Shown piece by piece: positions 19,807-29,736 of a stretch of DNA of 64,000 nucleotides. The first letter of the stretch is position 1. The number at the start of each line of letters is the position of its first letter. The stretch lies in the IMG/VR virus record IMGVR_UViG_3300025401_000648, one strand, 5' to 3'. This stretch comes from a virus (Duplodnaviria > Caudoviricetes). The notes under the pieces were generated by a model. The model did no database searches, was not told where the DNA came from, and saw nothing but the letters and a program-made list of their open reading frames with translations. A program made the position numbers and the translations under genes.

Positions 19807-20381
19807 AACCAAAGACTGGCTTGATGATACGCACTGGCATCAATAGCCTGTTGCCATTGATGTTCGCCACCATGCGAACTTAGTACTAGATCAACAGTAG
19901 CAGGTACAGTTTCCCAACTCATACTGTTACGCATGATTTTTTTACTGGGACGGACTGATAGGCTTTGTGCTAGCTCAATTCCTTCCCAACTCCAGTATCC
20001 AGCACATGCCCTAAACATGCTAGGGCCTTCTCCAGCACTCAGCGCAGTGAGTACTGATATATCGTTGGTTATGGATAACTCATCATTGATAGACACTGTT
20101 GAGCGACCTGACCAATCTTTACTGTGTATGACATGTACTCGATCTTGACCATTTGGGCCACCAAACCATATGGGATCATGGCCGTCAATATCTATACCAA
20201 TTCTACTACTGATTTCTTGAAGTGTTTGGTTAGGGATGGCTTGATTAATTTGTATACCAATAGCAATGTCAGGAGTATGACTTACCACTAATATTACACC
20301 ATGTTCAAGCGCATGGTGGCTGGTTCTAGGACTAGAACATAATAAGTAGCCAAAATAAGTTTTATTTTTAACTGTTGTCAT
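19803..20381 (-). CDS. YqgE/AlgH (DUF179) family protein
   Basis: VILVVSH....IGIQIN, WFGGP, VHVIHS, FRACAGYWSW, WET; start at ATG 20381. Confidence 0.75.
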   Translation of the reverse strand: MTTVKNKTYFGYLLCSSPRTSHHALEHGVILVVSHTPDIAIGIQINQAIPNQTLQEISSRIGIDIDGHDPIWFGGPNGQDRVHVIHSKDWSGRSTVSINDELSITNDISVLTALSAGEGPSMFRACAGYWSWEGIELAQSLSVRPSKKIMRNSMSWETVPATVDLVLSSHGGEHQWQQAIDASAYHQASLWF

Positions 20382-20387
20382 ATCCAA

Positions 20388-20405
20388 TATTTATTGGAAT
20401 AAATA
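20388..20405. promoter_or_regulatory. Back-to-back late promoter boxes
   Basis: TAAATA on - (20388-20393, 6 nt before ATG 20381) and on + (20400-20405, 7 nt before ATG 20413). Confidence 0.6.
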
Positions 20406-20412
20406 TCCAGTC

Positions 20413-21108
20413 ATGATATCAAACGAAATTTCTAAACCCATAGAGTATCACAAGGTGCTTAATCCCAAACTGTGGGATCACAATCGTTTAAAAAGCAATG
20501 TTAGGGGTGCCTTGTTACGTATTGCTGAAGATTTTAAAAATTATATTGAGACTCCATTTCGTGTGGTAGACATAGTGATCACTGGTGGTAATGCCAATTA
20601 CAATTACACGACGCATAGCGACATTGATCTACACCTCATAGCAGACTATGATAGTGTGGAATGCGACAGTACTGCGGCTGAATTATTTGACACCAAGAGA
20701 TTATTGTACAAACGTGATTATGATATCAATATTCACGCTGTGCCTGTAGAGTTATACGTGGAAGATAAAGATCATCCTGCTGTTAGTGGAGGGTGCTATA
20801 GTGTGTTACATGGTCGTTGGATCAAACAACCCAACTCCAATCTTCCCGACTATGACAAAGAAAAACTAGAGCATATGGTTGCTGTATGGCATGAAATACT
20901 GAAAAATGCCACAAAGACAGGTTCTTTGGATGCATGTAGAAATGCGGTACAGCTACTACGCAAATACCGCAAGTTGGGATTACAAACTAAATCAGGAGAG
21001 TTTAGTATTCCCAATCTAGTGTACAAGAGTTTACGAAACGATCACACACTGGCAGGAATCACAATCTTAATTGATCGACTACACGATCAAGAATTAAGCC
21101 TAAAATAA
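20413..21108 (+). CDS. Pol-beta-superfamily nucleotidyltransferase
   Basis: ITGGNANYNY...SDIDLH and later ELYVED. Confidence 0.75.
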   Translation: MISNEISKPIEYHKVLNPKLWDHNRLKSNVRGALLRIAEDFKNYIETPFRVVDIVITGGNANYNYTTHSDIDLHLIADYDSVECDSTAAELFDTKRLLYKRDYDINIHAVPVELYVEDKDHPAVSGGCYSVLHGRWIKQPNSNLPDYDKEKLEHMVAVWHEILKNATKTGSLDACRNAVQLLRKYRKLGLQTKSGEFSIPNLVYKSLRNDHTLAGITILIDRLHDQELSLK

Positions 21109-22155
21109 TTATTTGTGTTGGCTTACAATTTCAGGCTTAATTATGGCCTGTATGCCGTAAGCATCGTTAGTCCATACAACTAGGTTTTTCAGGGCTGTTA
21201 TAGTCAACATACTGTCTAATCTCTTTTGTGCTTGTCGAACTTCGTCGCCCACTAACCAAGGATATGCTCCAACTCTGCTGGTAATAATTTGTTGACTTTC
21301 TGGATCAGCAATCATCTTTCGGGCCGCGGCAATCAATCTATCCTTGTTGGGGTTATTTTTATTGACCCAAATAACTTTTTGTAATACGTCCCTATAGCTT
21401 TTGACCAATAGCCAAGCATCGTAAAACTCGCCACTAGGATCTTTGCCCCATTTGGCCTTATATGCTTCGTTAAATGTACTTTGGCCCTTGGGAAAGTTTG
21501 TATCTGAAATTAACTTGCCTGTCTTAATGTCCATGAGTCCTGCTGAGAACCATGTTTGATTAAATGCCAATGGTTCAATTTGTTGTTTGTAGAGAAAGGG
21601 ATTTTCTCTAGTAACATTTAGCTCGCCTCTGATAAATCCCAGTGCTGTTTCAGAATTTTTCATACCCCGAACATAGATAACATGTTTACGAAAACAATCC
21701 AAATAGTCTGCCATCTTGGGCAACGGTCCACAAACCATCATGGTTATGGCCATGGCATCAGGATTCATACCAGACCCTGCGGCAAACTTGATGATGTTTT
21801 TGTAGGGGTCCTGTGTTTTATTATAGCTCACAATGATAGTTTGATTTTGTGCTAGGATAGGTTCATAGTCGTTAAAATTAAACTTAACATCTTCTAGTAG
21901 GTATGCTTCTGCTTGCCCGCCGTTGCTGTACCACATATAGGAGTCATCATAACGATATTTTTCTGCCCATTTGTTGCCGGCAGGAATATCTCGAGCGCCC
22001 TGTATAATTTCTGATCGAATAGGCTCGCCCAAGGCCTTGGCCAGTTCTGGAATAACCACAGTGGGCCACCCGGTGGCGCTGGGTACTACCACAGTCATAT
22101 CTGCCAGTGCCAAATTACAGGCACAGAATAAAATAATTAGTAAAAGTTTCTTCAT
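21109..22155 (-). CDS. Periplasmic substrate-binding protein, TctC-like (tripartite tricarboxylate transporter)
   Basis: Signal peptide MKKLLLIILFCACNLALA; adjacent to TctA; GELNVTRE segment. Confidence 0.6.
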   Translation of the reverse strand: MKKLLLIILFCACNLALADMTVVVPSATGWPTVVIPELAKALGEPIRSEIIQGARDIPAGNKWAEKYRYDDSYMWYSNGGQAEAYLLEDVKFNFNDYEPILAQNQTIIVSYNKTQDPYKNIIKFAAGSGMNPDAMAITMMVCGPLPKMADYLDCFRKHVIYVRGMKNSETALGFIRGELNVTRENPFLYKQQIEPLAFNQTWFSAGLMDIKTGKLISDTNFPKGQSTFNEAYKAKWGKDPSGEFYDAWLLVKSYRDVLQKVIWVNKNNPNKDRLIAAARKMIADPESQQIITSRVGAYPWLVGDEVRQAQKRLDSMLTITALKNLVVWTNDAYGIQAIIKPEIVSQHK

Positions 22156-22161
22156 TTGTCC

Positions 22162-23619
22162 TCAATGATAGTTAATGGTTGTGCGGTTAAAAAATAACCC
22201 GTATACTAGTATTATTACACCAAAAGCAAGCAGACACAAACTAATTGGATGATGCAGGAGATCTTGAAATTTATACAGTGCCAAAAATTGCCCTGTGGTT
22301 AGTTCCAATCTATGACTAAGAGTAAAGCCTATGATAAAACTGATCCTACTGATTTTGAAATATTTAAAACATAGTCCCACTGCGGTCATTATGGACAATA
22401 TGGCATAATCCTCCCAGCCGCCTGTATAGTCGACGCAGGACCAAACAATCAAGGCAATCAAAGGGGCCGCCCAATACTTAAAGGGCACACGGGTTATTGC
22501 TGTGGCATATTTTATGAACGCTATACTGATAAAAAATGTTAGAACCAAACTTAGCATGAAACCAAAACTCAAGGCATCAAAAAATTTGTGATTTGACAGC
22601 AGTGTTTGGCTTCCTAGATCCAATCCCACATAGGCCAGTAGGCTCATAACCACTGCTTCAAAAGGAGCCGCAGGTACACCAAACAATACCGTGGGCACAT
22701 AGGCAGTGGCCTTTTGAGCCAGTGTGGCACCCTCAGGACCAATTACACCTTTGACATTGCCTGATCCAAAAGGCATGGTTTCATTTTTGTTTGTGGCCAC
22801 AGTTTGTCCATAGCTTAACCAATCCACAATAGCCCCGCCTATACCAGGCAGTATACCAATTACCCCACCTATGATTCCACCTCTGACACTGATCCATCGG
22901 TTCGCCCACCAATCCCCAAATCCTTGTCGTATTTGTAGCCAATTATCTTGAGATGACTGTAGGTATGTGGTTTTAATTCTAACAGCGTTTATGATTTCAG
23001 GCAGTGCCATCAACCCTGCCATGACTGGAGCAAATTGTATACCATCGGCTAGATAAAACCAGCCACCAGTAAATCGTTCAGCGTTAGTCACAGGATCAGT
23101 ACCAATCGATCCAGCAAATATACCCAATACCAGTCCCAGTATACCTCTTGCCCAATACTGACTGCTTAAGAAACAGATGCTGGTAACAGCCAAGATTAAA
23201 AATGCCCACTGTTCAGGTATACCAAAACTCAACACCACATTGGCATAGTAGGGCAATAGTAAAATAGTTAACGTTCCCCATACTACGCCCTGACTCACTG
23301 AACTAAACACACTGGCACTCATGGCTCTGGCAGCTTCACCGCGTTGAGCCATGGGATATCCATCCACCATGGTGGCAGCACTACCCCCGCCTCCTGGTAT
23401 GTTCATGACCACACTGGCAAACAGATCGCCCACACTGGCTGATACAACCACGGCAGTGGTAAACACAATAAGACTGTAGGGGTCGCCTCGGAAATAGGAT
23501 ATAAAACTATAGATAGTCAGCAAGGCTGTGCCGGCACCTGCCACAGGAATAATGCCAAACACAAATCCATATAGAGTGCCCAATAACAGCCAAGGTGTAT
23601 ATTGAATTACAAAGTCCAT
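22162..23619 (-). CDS. tctA: Tripartite tricarboxylate transporter permease TctA
   Basis: Polytopic; IPGGGGSAATMVDGYPMAQRGEA, GTDP, GILPGIG, GVIGPEGA, LFGVP. Confidence 0.88.
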   Translation of the reverse strand: MDFVIQYTPWLLLGTLYGFVFGIIPVAGAGTALLTIYSFISYFRGDPYSLIVFTTAVVVSASVGDLFASVVMNIPGGGGSAATMVDGYPMAQRGEAARAMSASVFSSVSQGVVWGTLTILLLPYYANVVLSFGIPEQWAFLILAVTSICFLSSQYWARGILGLVLGIFAGSIGTDPVTNAERFTGGWFYLADGIQFAPVMAGLMALPEIINAVRIKTTYLQSSQDNWLQIRQGFGDWWANRWISVRGGIIGGVIGILPGIGGAIVDWLSYGQTVATNKNETMPFGSGNVKGVIGPEGATLAQKATAYVPTVLFGVPAAPFEAVVMSLLAYVGLDLGSQTLLSNHKFFDALSFGFMLSLVLTFFISIAFIKYATAITRVPFKYWAAPLIALIVWSCVDYTGGWEDYAILSIMTAVGLCFKYFKISRISFIIGFTLSHRLELTTGQFLALYKFQDLLHHPISLCLLAFGVIILVYGLFFNRTTINYH

Positions 23620-24155
23620 TATCTAAGACGCCACTCAGCGTAGATTCGATTGGTTTGATCCCATCGCAATTCCACAATTTTAAAACCAAACACATCGGCA
23701 AGTCTAATATGTTCTTCAAAAGACCAAGGATAAAAATCAATTAGTTCAGTTTCCACAGCACCGTGGTCTTGGACTCCAGGATTACAACGCCAATATATTC
23801 TTCCCTTGGGTAACAGTAGATTTTTTACTAGGCCAATTTGATTTTCTATGGTTTCCCTTGATCCAAAGTTTATGCTGCCAAGACAAAATGCCACATTGAA
23901 CTGCTCTCGATTGACTCGAGCAAATTCCTCCAAGGTCAGTCTATGATCTGCCTCATCAAAAGCAGGATCTATGCCTATTAGATTAGGTATAAGTTTTTTG
24001 AAATGATTTCGACCACAACCAATGTCTATAACTTGCTCATTGGCGTTAATACGACTGGCCAGTTGTAGCCCAGAATAAATGACCCTGTCTATGTTGCTGA
24101 TAGGCAGTGTGCTCCAGACTTCTCTGAAATAATGTGTTAGTTCCTGTTGATTCAT
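23619..24155 (-). CDS. Class I SAM-dependent methyltransferase-like protein
   Basis: VIDIGCG, IGID, FNVAFCLGSI, LLPKGRI. Confidence 0.7.
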   Translation of the reverse strand: MNQQELTHYFREVWSTLPISNIDRVIYSGLQLASRINANEQVIDIGCGRNHFKKLIPNLIGIDPAFDEADHRLTLEEFARVNREQFNVAFCLGSINFGSRETIENQIGLVKNLLLPKGRIYWRCNPGVQDHGAVETELIDFYPWSFEEHIRLADVFGFKIVELRWDQTNRIYAEWRLR

Positions 24156-24754
24156 GCAATCCGTACATGTGTGTCATTGGCAATGAAATCTAAAAATTCT
24201 TTTGGCGGGGTGATGCCAAGAATTCGGCATAGTTCATGATTGTCCCTGATGTCATTACCTGTCCAATATTTTAACAGACAATAGTTCTGAAGAGCAATAT
24301 GTTTGGACATCGTGTCTAAATCTCGATAGAATTGATAGTTGGGATAGGTGATATTGAATTCACCGCATTTTATCCACCAATCCAAACAATCGCGGTCATT
24401 ACGGTAGACTAGAACTATGGGGCAGTCGGGCCAGTTAGCCCTCAAAAAATCTATATGATAAACAAAATGATGACAGCGTATGATGCGTATACCCTGTCCT
24501 GAGAAGGGGCGATCAAATTCTGCCTCGCACTGTTCAGGCGTACGATCACTGAGTCGATCAAACCATTGCCCAAATTCCATGCCTGGATCAAAGTATGAAC
24601 CACCATGAAACCCCGAAATAATTTCGGTACCCGCATGACTGTAGGTGCGATCCTCAGTATAGTCGGTGCTGTCAATGTCCACACTGTCTTTGATCAGTCG
24701 TGGTATACTGCTCCACCTAGAGCCTGGGGCGCCGGTTACAAAGATATATTTCAT
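24152..24754 (-). CDS. P-loop sulfotransferase-like protein
   Basis: IFVTGAPGSRWS and IVLVYRNDRD resemble PAPS-binding motifs. Confidence 0.5.
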   Translation of the reverse strand: MKYIFVTGAPGSRWSSIPRLIKDSVDIDSTDYTEDRTYSHAGTEIISGFHGGSYFDPGMEFGQWFDRLSDRTPEQCEAEFDRPFSGQGIRIIRCHHFVYHIDFLRANWPDCPIVLVYRNDRDCLDWWIKCGEFNITYPNYQFYRDLDTMSKHIALQNYCLLKYWTGNDIRDNHELCRILGITPPKEFLDFIANDTHVRIA

Positions 24755-24762
24755 ATCTTTAC

Positions 24763-26043
24763 TTATTGCGGGGTATCAGCTGTGGGTAAATTATCTGGAA
24801 GGGTTAGGCTACGATCTAATTCAGATCCACGTTTATGCTGACTGAGAATTTCAGGAATATTGAACACACTGTAACTATATTGTTTGACCGTGGTCTTCAT
24901 GGTTGTGTAAGTAGCACATTCAGTTTGATAAAGAGTTTCAAAATTTGTCATGGCCCAACGTTGAAAATCTTCAGTGTTATAAAATGCTTGAAAATTATTG
25001 CCCAGAGTGTTTTTATTCATACGGACTAGATTATCCAAGTGCATTTGGTATTTGAATATGAATCTAAAGTAGCCGGCCAGTTGATATGCGTATTCAACTG
25101 TCATAGGAAACTGACTTAATTTTGGAGCCACAGCAGAATTATACAGTGCTTGACTCACTGCGGTATCACATTGATGTATTCTAGAATGATTACTTACAAA
25201 ATAGTCTTCTGCGGATAGATATTTGTCCGAATCATTCACGGGTGATTTATAAAAGTCATCAATTCTCGAATCGCCCACACTGCCTTGATGACATTTAAAA
25301 AATCTCTTGCCCAAACTAAAATTGTGCTGTAGTACGGGAAACAGTTGATCATTACAGTCACCAGTGATCACAGTCCTATTGCTTACCGGTTGTTTTAAAA
25401 AGTCAAAATGTGAGGGCATTGCATCATTAATAAGATAATTGTTCAAAGGCAGACAATCAAAATTTTGTCGTACATGGTCGTACATCTCAGGAAATTCTCT
25501 TTGGCTGTTGGCATCAAAGGCCACACTGAATTTAATATTGTTTTTGACCAAGGCAGCAAGTATGGCTGTGGAGTCAATACCTCCGCTCCACATGACCACA
25601 GGATTCAAATTAGCATAGCTACCAGCAGTCTCATCCATGATCTCTGCGTAGGTCTTGGCAGTGTAAGTGTCAGACGGTATGGTAATTGGTGATCCGGATA
25701 AAAATATTCCTGAACGGTCAGTGAAATTATCAGCAGGGTATCTACGCACAGGCAACAAGATCAAGGACCTATAGATTTGATTGAATTCTGAATCATTTTG
25801 AATACATTCAGCATCTAATGCCAAATCTGACATTTCTCTGTCGTCAGTGACGTCATATATGCTGACCAACTGTGTTCTTGGATCCTGAAGATCTCCCAAT
25901 AATACCAAATCCACAGGATCAGTGAGTACAGTGGCAGCAGGTACATAGGTCAAAATATTACCCATATAGACCTTGATTTCGTAGTCCTGGGCATTGGATA
26001 GTGACGCAACCTGCTGACGAAGAAGATCTAATGTATCTGACAT
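24763..26043 (-). CDS. N-type ATP pyrophosphatase (asparagine-synthase/QueC-like) protein
   Basis: VMWSGGIDST PP-loop, TGDCND. Confidence 0.7.
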   Translation of the reverse strand: MSDTLDLLRQQVASLSNAQDYEIKVYMGNILTYVPAATVLTDPVDLVLLGDLQDPRTQLVSIYDVTDDREMSDLALDAECIQNDSEFNQIYRSLILLPVRRYPADNFTDRSGIFLSGSPITIPSDTYTAKTYAEIMDETAGSYANLNPVVMWSGGIDSTAILAALVKNNIKFSVAFDANSQREFPEMYDHVRQNFDCLPLNNYLINDAMPSHFDFLKQPVSNRTVITGDCNDQLFPVLQHNFSLGKRFFKCHQGSVGDSRIDDFYKSPVNDSDKYLSAEDYFVSNHSRIHQCDTAVSQALYNSAVAPKLSQFPMTVEYAYQLAGYFRFIFKYQMHLDNLVRMNKNTLGNNFQAFYNTEDFQRWAMTNFETLYQTECATYTTMKTTVKQYSYSVFNIPEILSQHKRGSELDRSLTLPDNLPTADTPQ

Positions 26044-26054
26044 AATTTAATTTT

Positions 26055-26609
26055 TTAATTGTATCTAAAGGTTTGATAGCCGGAACCATTAGAATATGCG
26101 GGAGCGTATAATAGCCCTGTATTGGAAAATCCTCCCCATTGATAATAACTGTAACCGCCACCTTGGTAATAATAATATGCGCCGCCAGGAGTGGCTGTGT
26201 AATTATAACCAGTGAGTGAGTTGAAAAAATATCTAGGTGGATAGCCATTCATGATCAAGCCACTATAATAATAGGGGTAATAGTTGTAAACATAAATATT
26301 GAACACACTATAGCCGTTGATTGTAAAGCCAGGATTGTTATAGGTTTGAGATTGGGTGGTGGGGTTGGTGTTGCGATCACTGGTGTAATACCAATTCCAA
26401 CTATAGTATAGAGTGGTACCATAACTGCGTCCGTAGAATTGGCCCATGTTGATGGCTTGGTTGGCGCTCTGCCCCACCAGTTGCTCTGGGAAGGTGTCTC
26501 CCATGGCAATACCTCCGTGATAGGCATAGAAAGCACCCAGCTCATAGCCGATGCCATTGGAGGCACCGTCGTTGCCTAATCCCAGTGTTCCGCTTGATGG
26601 TAATGTCAT
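26055..26609 (-). CDS. Tyr-rich probable virion protein
   Basis: MTLPSSG N-terminus like 43681; TAAATA (26615-26620) 5 nt upstream. Confidence 0.65.
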   Translation of the reverse strand: MTLPSSGTLGLGNDGASNGIGYELGAFYAYHGGIAMGDTFPEQLVGQSANQAINMGQFYGRSYGTTLYYSWNWYYTSDRNTNPTTQSQTYNNPGFTINGYSVFNIYVYNYYPYYYSGLIMNGYPPRYFFNSLTGYNYTATPGGAYYYYQGGGYSYYQWGGFSNTGLLYAPAYSNGSGYQTFRYN

Positions 26610-26634
26610 AGCAGTATTTAGCTGTGTCAATTAG

Positions 26635-26663
26635 TTGATTTTGTTCATGGGGCCCAGTATAAT
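26635..26663 (+). promoter_or_regulatory. sigma70-like promoter
   Basis: TTGATT-17-TATAAT. Confidence 0.6.
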
Positions 26664-26698
26664 TACAGTATATAACCAAGAGAAAGAACACACAAAAT

Positions 26699-27208
26699 AT
26701 GCCCACAATCTACATAGACATGGACGGAGTGGTTGCAGACTGGGAGACCGCTGCCGAACAATTTATCCAACAGCAAAAAGACATCAACAGCCTATGGCCC
26801 GACGAGGAATGGCAACGAATACGCAGTCAAGATCATTTTTATCGGCACTTGCCAGAAATGCCCCGAGCACATGAGCTCATGGCTCTGGCTCGTAGATTTA
26901 GAGACGAATTGGGTTGGCAGTTGTGCATGCTCACAGCCATACCACACAAAAATGACATGCATGAAGTGTTCCATGATAAAATTGATTGGATGGCCGAACG
27001 CTGGCCCGAGGTACGTGTACACTTTGGTCCCTACAGCTATGACAAACAACATCACTGTGAACCCGGGGACATCTTGGTGGATGACCGAACCAGCAACTGT
27101 TTAGAATGGCGTGCCCGGGGTGGCACGGCTGTTCAGGTCACCAAGGACTACGATCTAGCGCTACTAGAGCTGGCGGAATTATTTAGAATCATCAGGCTCG
27201 GTGCCTGA
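26699..27208 (+). CDS. 5'(3')-deoxyribonucleotidase (HAD/NT5C)
   Basis: IDMDGVVAD, LTAIP, DILVDDR. Confidence 0.85.
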   Translation: MPTIYIDMDGVVADWETAAEQFIQQQKDINSLWPDEEWQRIRSQDHFYRHLPEMPRAHELMALARRFRDELGWQLCMLTAIPHKNDMHEVFHDKIDWMAERWPEVRVHFGPYSYDKQHHCEPGDILVDDRTSNCLEWRARGGTAVQVTKDYDLALLELAELFRIIRLGA

Positions 27209-27442
27209 TATTATGGCCGTGCTGGTGTCACGGTCTATTGTCATATAACCTTCACAGGTCATATTCCAGTCGTCACCACCCCCACCTGATCCTGTGACGG
27301 AATCTGTGACCGTGAGCCCTTCTATGCGGAAGTGCTTGAACAAGAACTCCCTACCGTTCTCAAACACACGCCACACATGTTCGGCAGTGCCACGTCCCGC
27401 CTGTCCACGACTCTTGTTGAATCTTATGTGATAGGTGTTCAT
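27179..27442 (-). CDS. Hypothetical protein
   Basis: 87-aa ORF, ATGA overlap with upstream gene. Confidence 0.65.
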   Translation of the reverse strand: MNTYHIRFNKSRGQAGRGTAEHVWRVFENGREFLFKHFRIEGLTVTDSVTGSGGGGDDWNMTCEGYMTIDRDTSTAIISGTEPDDSK

Positions 27443-28152
27443 ATGATCTCAGGCGGCTCGGGTGGGGGCAAAGGCGCCACAGCGAGATTGAAGTGTATGA
27501 AGCGTAGAGGCTTCTTACCACCGTGACGTGTAAAGCTGTGGGGCACATAGCTGTTGGTAAAGAACAACAAGCCTTCACGGGGAGCAAATATGATACTGCC
27601 ACTGGCCATGGTGGCATCACGCCCATTGCGTTCAGGGAGATTGGTCATGTTCTTGCCTGGACGTGGATCGTGTAGCTGTATGATACTGGAATCCTTGGGC
27701 ACGTCTAGGAAGTAAAAGCCCGATAGTTGACTGCCATGCCCATGTGTGTGATATTCCATACTGCTGTGCAGGTGATGTTCCTGGCACCATACCTCGGTCA
27801 TGGCAATCTGTAGATGATCCATGGCATAGCCCTGACTGTTTAATATGTTCCAGCCAGTCTGTGCCACATAGTCCAAGAAGGGCCGTAGTGCCTCCTCGCC
27901 AGTGAGATTGGCAGTTTGATACACGGGGTATAGGGGATTGAGCTTGGTGCTCTTCCTAGTCAGTGACAGATGCTGTAGACTGATTCCTCGCAATGTGTCC
28001 AGGAAATCCTGTTTGACTATGGTATAGGCTCCGGTGACAAAGTGCTGATGTAGACTCAGTAGATCACCCTGCGGAGGTATTGTGGCCTCGGCTGCAGGTG
28101 TTTCACCCATGATGACTTCTGCGGTATGGTCAGTGGCAGTGGTTGATGTCAA
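27439..28152 (-). CDS. 2OG-Fe(II) oxygenase (TIGR02466-like)
   Basis: HTHGH..LSGFYFL, DPRPG, FFTNSYVPH, RFIHFN. Confidence 0.75.
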   Translation of the reverse strand: MTSTTATDHTAEVIMGETPAAEATIPPQGDLLSLHQHFVTGAYTIVKQDFLDTLRGISLQHLSLTRKSTKLNPLYPVYQTANLTGEEALRPFLDYVAQTGWNILNSQGYAMDHLQIAMTEVWCQEHHLHSSMEYHTHGHGSQLSGFYFLDVPKDSSIIQLHDPRPGKNMTNLPERNGRDATMASGSIIFAPREGLLFFTNSYVPHSFTRHGGKKPLRFIHFNLAVAPLPPPEPPEII

Positions 28153-28445
28153 AGTGTGGGCTCTTGAGGTGGTGTGAGTTGACTGCGATGATAGGCCGCG
28201 GCTTCAGCTGCCGCTCTAGCTTCAATGGCTAGGTTGGCCGCATCCTTGGCTGCGCGATTGGCTGCAGCTTCAGCAGTGATCCTTGCCTGTTCAGCTAGAT
28301 CCGCGGCTGCTTGAATCTTGGCTTCTAACTCCGCACGAGCCCGATCCACAGCAGTGGTGGCCATGACTGATTGTTTTTTGGCCTGAGCAAACAGCTCCTG
28401 CTCAGTTTGTTCAATGCGTTGATATAAGGTACTAAACCATCCCAT
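28149..28445 (-). CDS. Ala-rich coiled-coil protein
   Basis: ATG 28445 after AGGAG and a promoter. Confidence 0.65.
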   Translation of the reverse strand: MGWFSTLYQRIEQTEQELFAQAKKQSVMATTAVDRARAELEAKIQAAADLAEQARITAEAAANRAAKDAANLAIEARAAAEAAAYHRSQLTPPQEPTL

Positions 28446-28474
28446 GAGATATCTCCTAATGTGTATATACAGCA

Positions 28475-28503
28475 ATTATATAGGTATATTTACCCCAGGT
28501 CAA
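28475..28503 (-). promoter_or_regulatory. Early promoter
   Basis: TTGACC-17-TATAAT. Confidence 0.7.
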
Positions 28504-28568
28504 TGTGCATGGTAAAAAATTTCTGTAAAAAATTTCGTCCAGGGGATCTTTAGAACGCTAGATAGTTT

Positions 28569-28832
28569 TCAAGCGCCAAATCTCAGTAGAAACAAGCTGA
28601 CACTGCTTTCACGACGAAAAGCCACACCACAGTAAAAGGCCTGCTTGAGAGTCCACATATCCCACGTCCAATCCCGATAGTGTGGGCCAACATGACGTTC
28701 TAACCATGACTCCACACAGTTGACCTGTTCAATCCAATCGCCCTGTCCTTGGTGTCTAGGATCTTCTATATAGGGCCATGGAGCAACAGCATGATAGGGT
28801 AATACGGGATACTTATCCCAAAGCATGTGCAT
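28569..28832 (-). CDS. Trp-rich hypothetical protein
   Basis: TAAATA (28838-28843) 5 nt upstream; similar in style to 43428..43649. Confidence 0.65.
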   Translation of the reverse strand: MHMLWDKYPVLPYHAVAPWPYIEDPRHQGQGDWIEQVNCVESWLERHVGPHYRDWTWDMWTLKQAFYCGVAFRRESSVSLFLLRFGA

Positions 28833-28968
28833 AGAAATATTTACGCCAAAACGGAAAAAGGGCCGAGAGTTCCAAGGGCCAGAGCGAAGCGCGGAGCGCG
28901 AAAAATTTTAGGGAGAAGATTTTCCGGAGTGGCCGAGGGATAATATCCATAATACTGAACACGGTACA

Positions 28969-29023
28969 ATCCACAGCGCAGTCTACTGTAAAATCTACAG
29001 TGGATCTACAGTGAATCTACAGT
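28969..29023 (+). repeat. 11-12 bp period repeats (ATCTACAGT)
   Basis: Exact at 28993, 29004, 29015; degenerate at 28969, 28981. Confidence 0.7.
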
Positions 29024-29036
29024 ATGCCCACTGACA

Positions 29037-29486
29037 TCAAAACTGCCAAGACCATCCAAAGCGTAGAACATTATTAGTCACAGCAATGCCCTCTACAATA
29101 GTGGTCACAGTGAGTATGTCCCTACGATACTGGGGCAATTGATCAGCTAGTATAAAGATCAAAGGACTTAGCATAAAATGAAGATCCAAGGCCTGAGTAG
29201 TGGGATATCTACCTAATAGGGGATTGGTTTCAAAACAGGCATGATGACACCACCCCGTTTGAGCTATAGTACGAGTAGTGTGCCAATCCATGAACAAGAG
29301 AGCGCCTGCCGTATAAGCTAGATGTCGATCCTGAGGTGTCCAAGATTCTGCGGCGTTGAGCGTGAGATTTAGGGTGCTAGTGGGTTCTAATGTAGCGTCT
29401 ACAGTGGTATCCCCAGTGTCAGCATGGGCAAACACGCTAGCACAAGTGAGTAGGAAGATTATGACGTAGCGTAGATATGGCAGCAT
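29037..29486 (-). CDS. Membrane/exported hypothetical protein
   Basis: Signal-like N-terminus, hydrophobic segments; TAAATA (29492-29497) 5 nt upstream. Confidence 0.6.
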   Translation of the reverse strand: MLPYLRYVIIFLLTCASVFAHADTGDTTVDATLEPTSTLNLTLNAAESWTPQDRHLAYTAGALLFMDWHTTRTIAQTGWCHHACFETNPLLGRYPTTQALDLHFMLSPLIFILADQLPQYRRDILTVTTIVEGIAVTNNVLRFGWSWQF

Positions 29487-29700
29487 GTCTATATTTACTC
29501 TTAGGGGCCGGTCTATGCATGCATGAAAACCTGTGATAAAAAATAAAAACAACCTGGTGATCTAGATCTGGCGGGTTCTAATATAAGTCGGGTTTTTTTG
29601 ATGAAATTTTTGGCATTGCTTTTGTTGTTTTTATACAACAGTTTAATATGCATACCAGGCCCCACCAACCAACCCACCGGTGACCCACCATGCCACCAGT

Positions 29701-29736
29701 CAAAAAAAAGCCCCGTCAACGCCAGCTCAACGGGGC
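29701..29736 (-). terminator. Intrinsic terminator ending the leftward early block
   Basis: GCCCCGT...ACGGGGC followed by T8 on - strand. Confidence 0.8.

Noticed and set aside
26055-26300. DGR variable region in Tyr/Asn-rich C-terminus
   Set aside because: No template repeat differing only at adenines and no reverse transcriptase in the window
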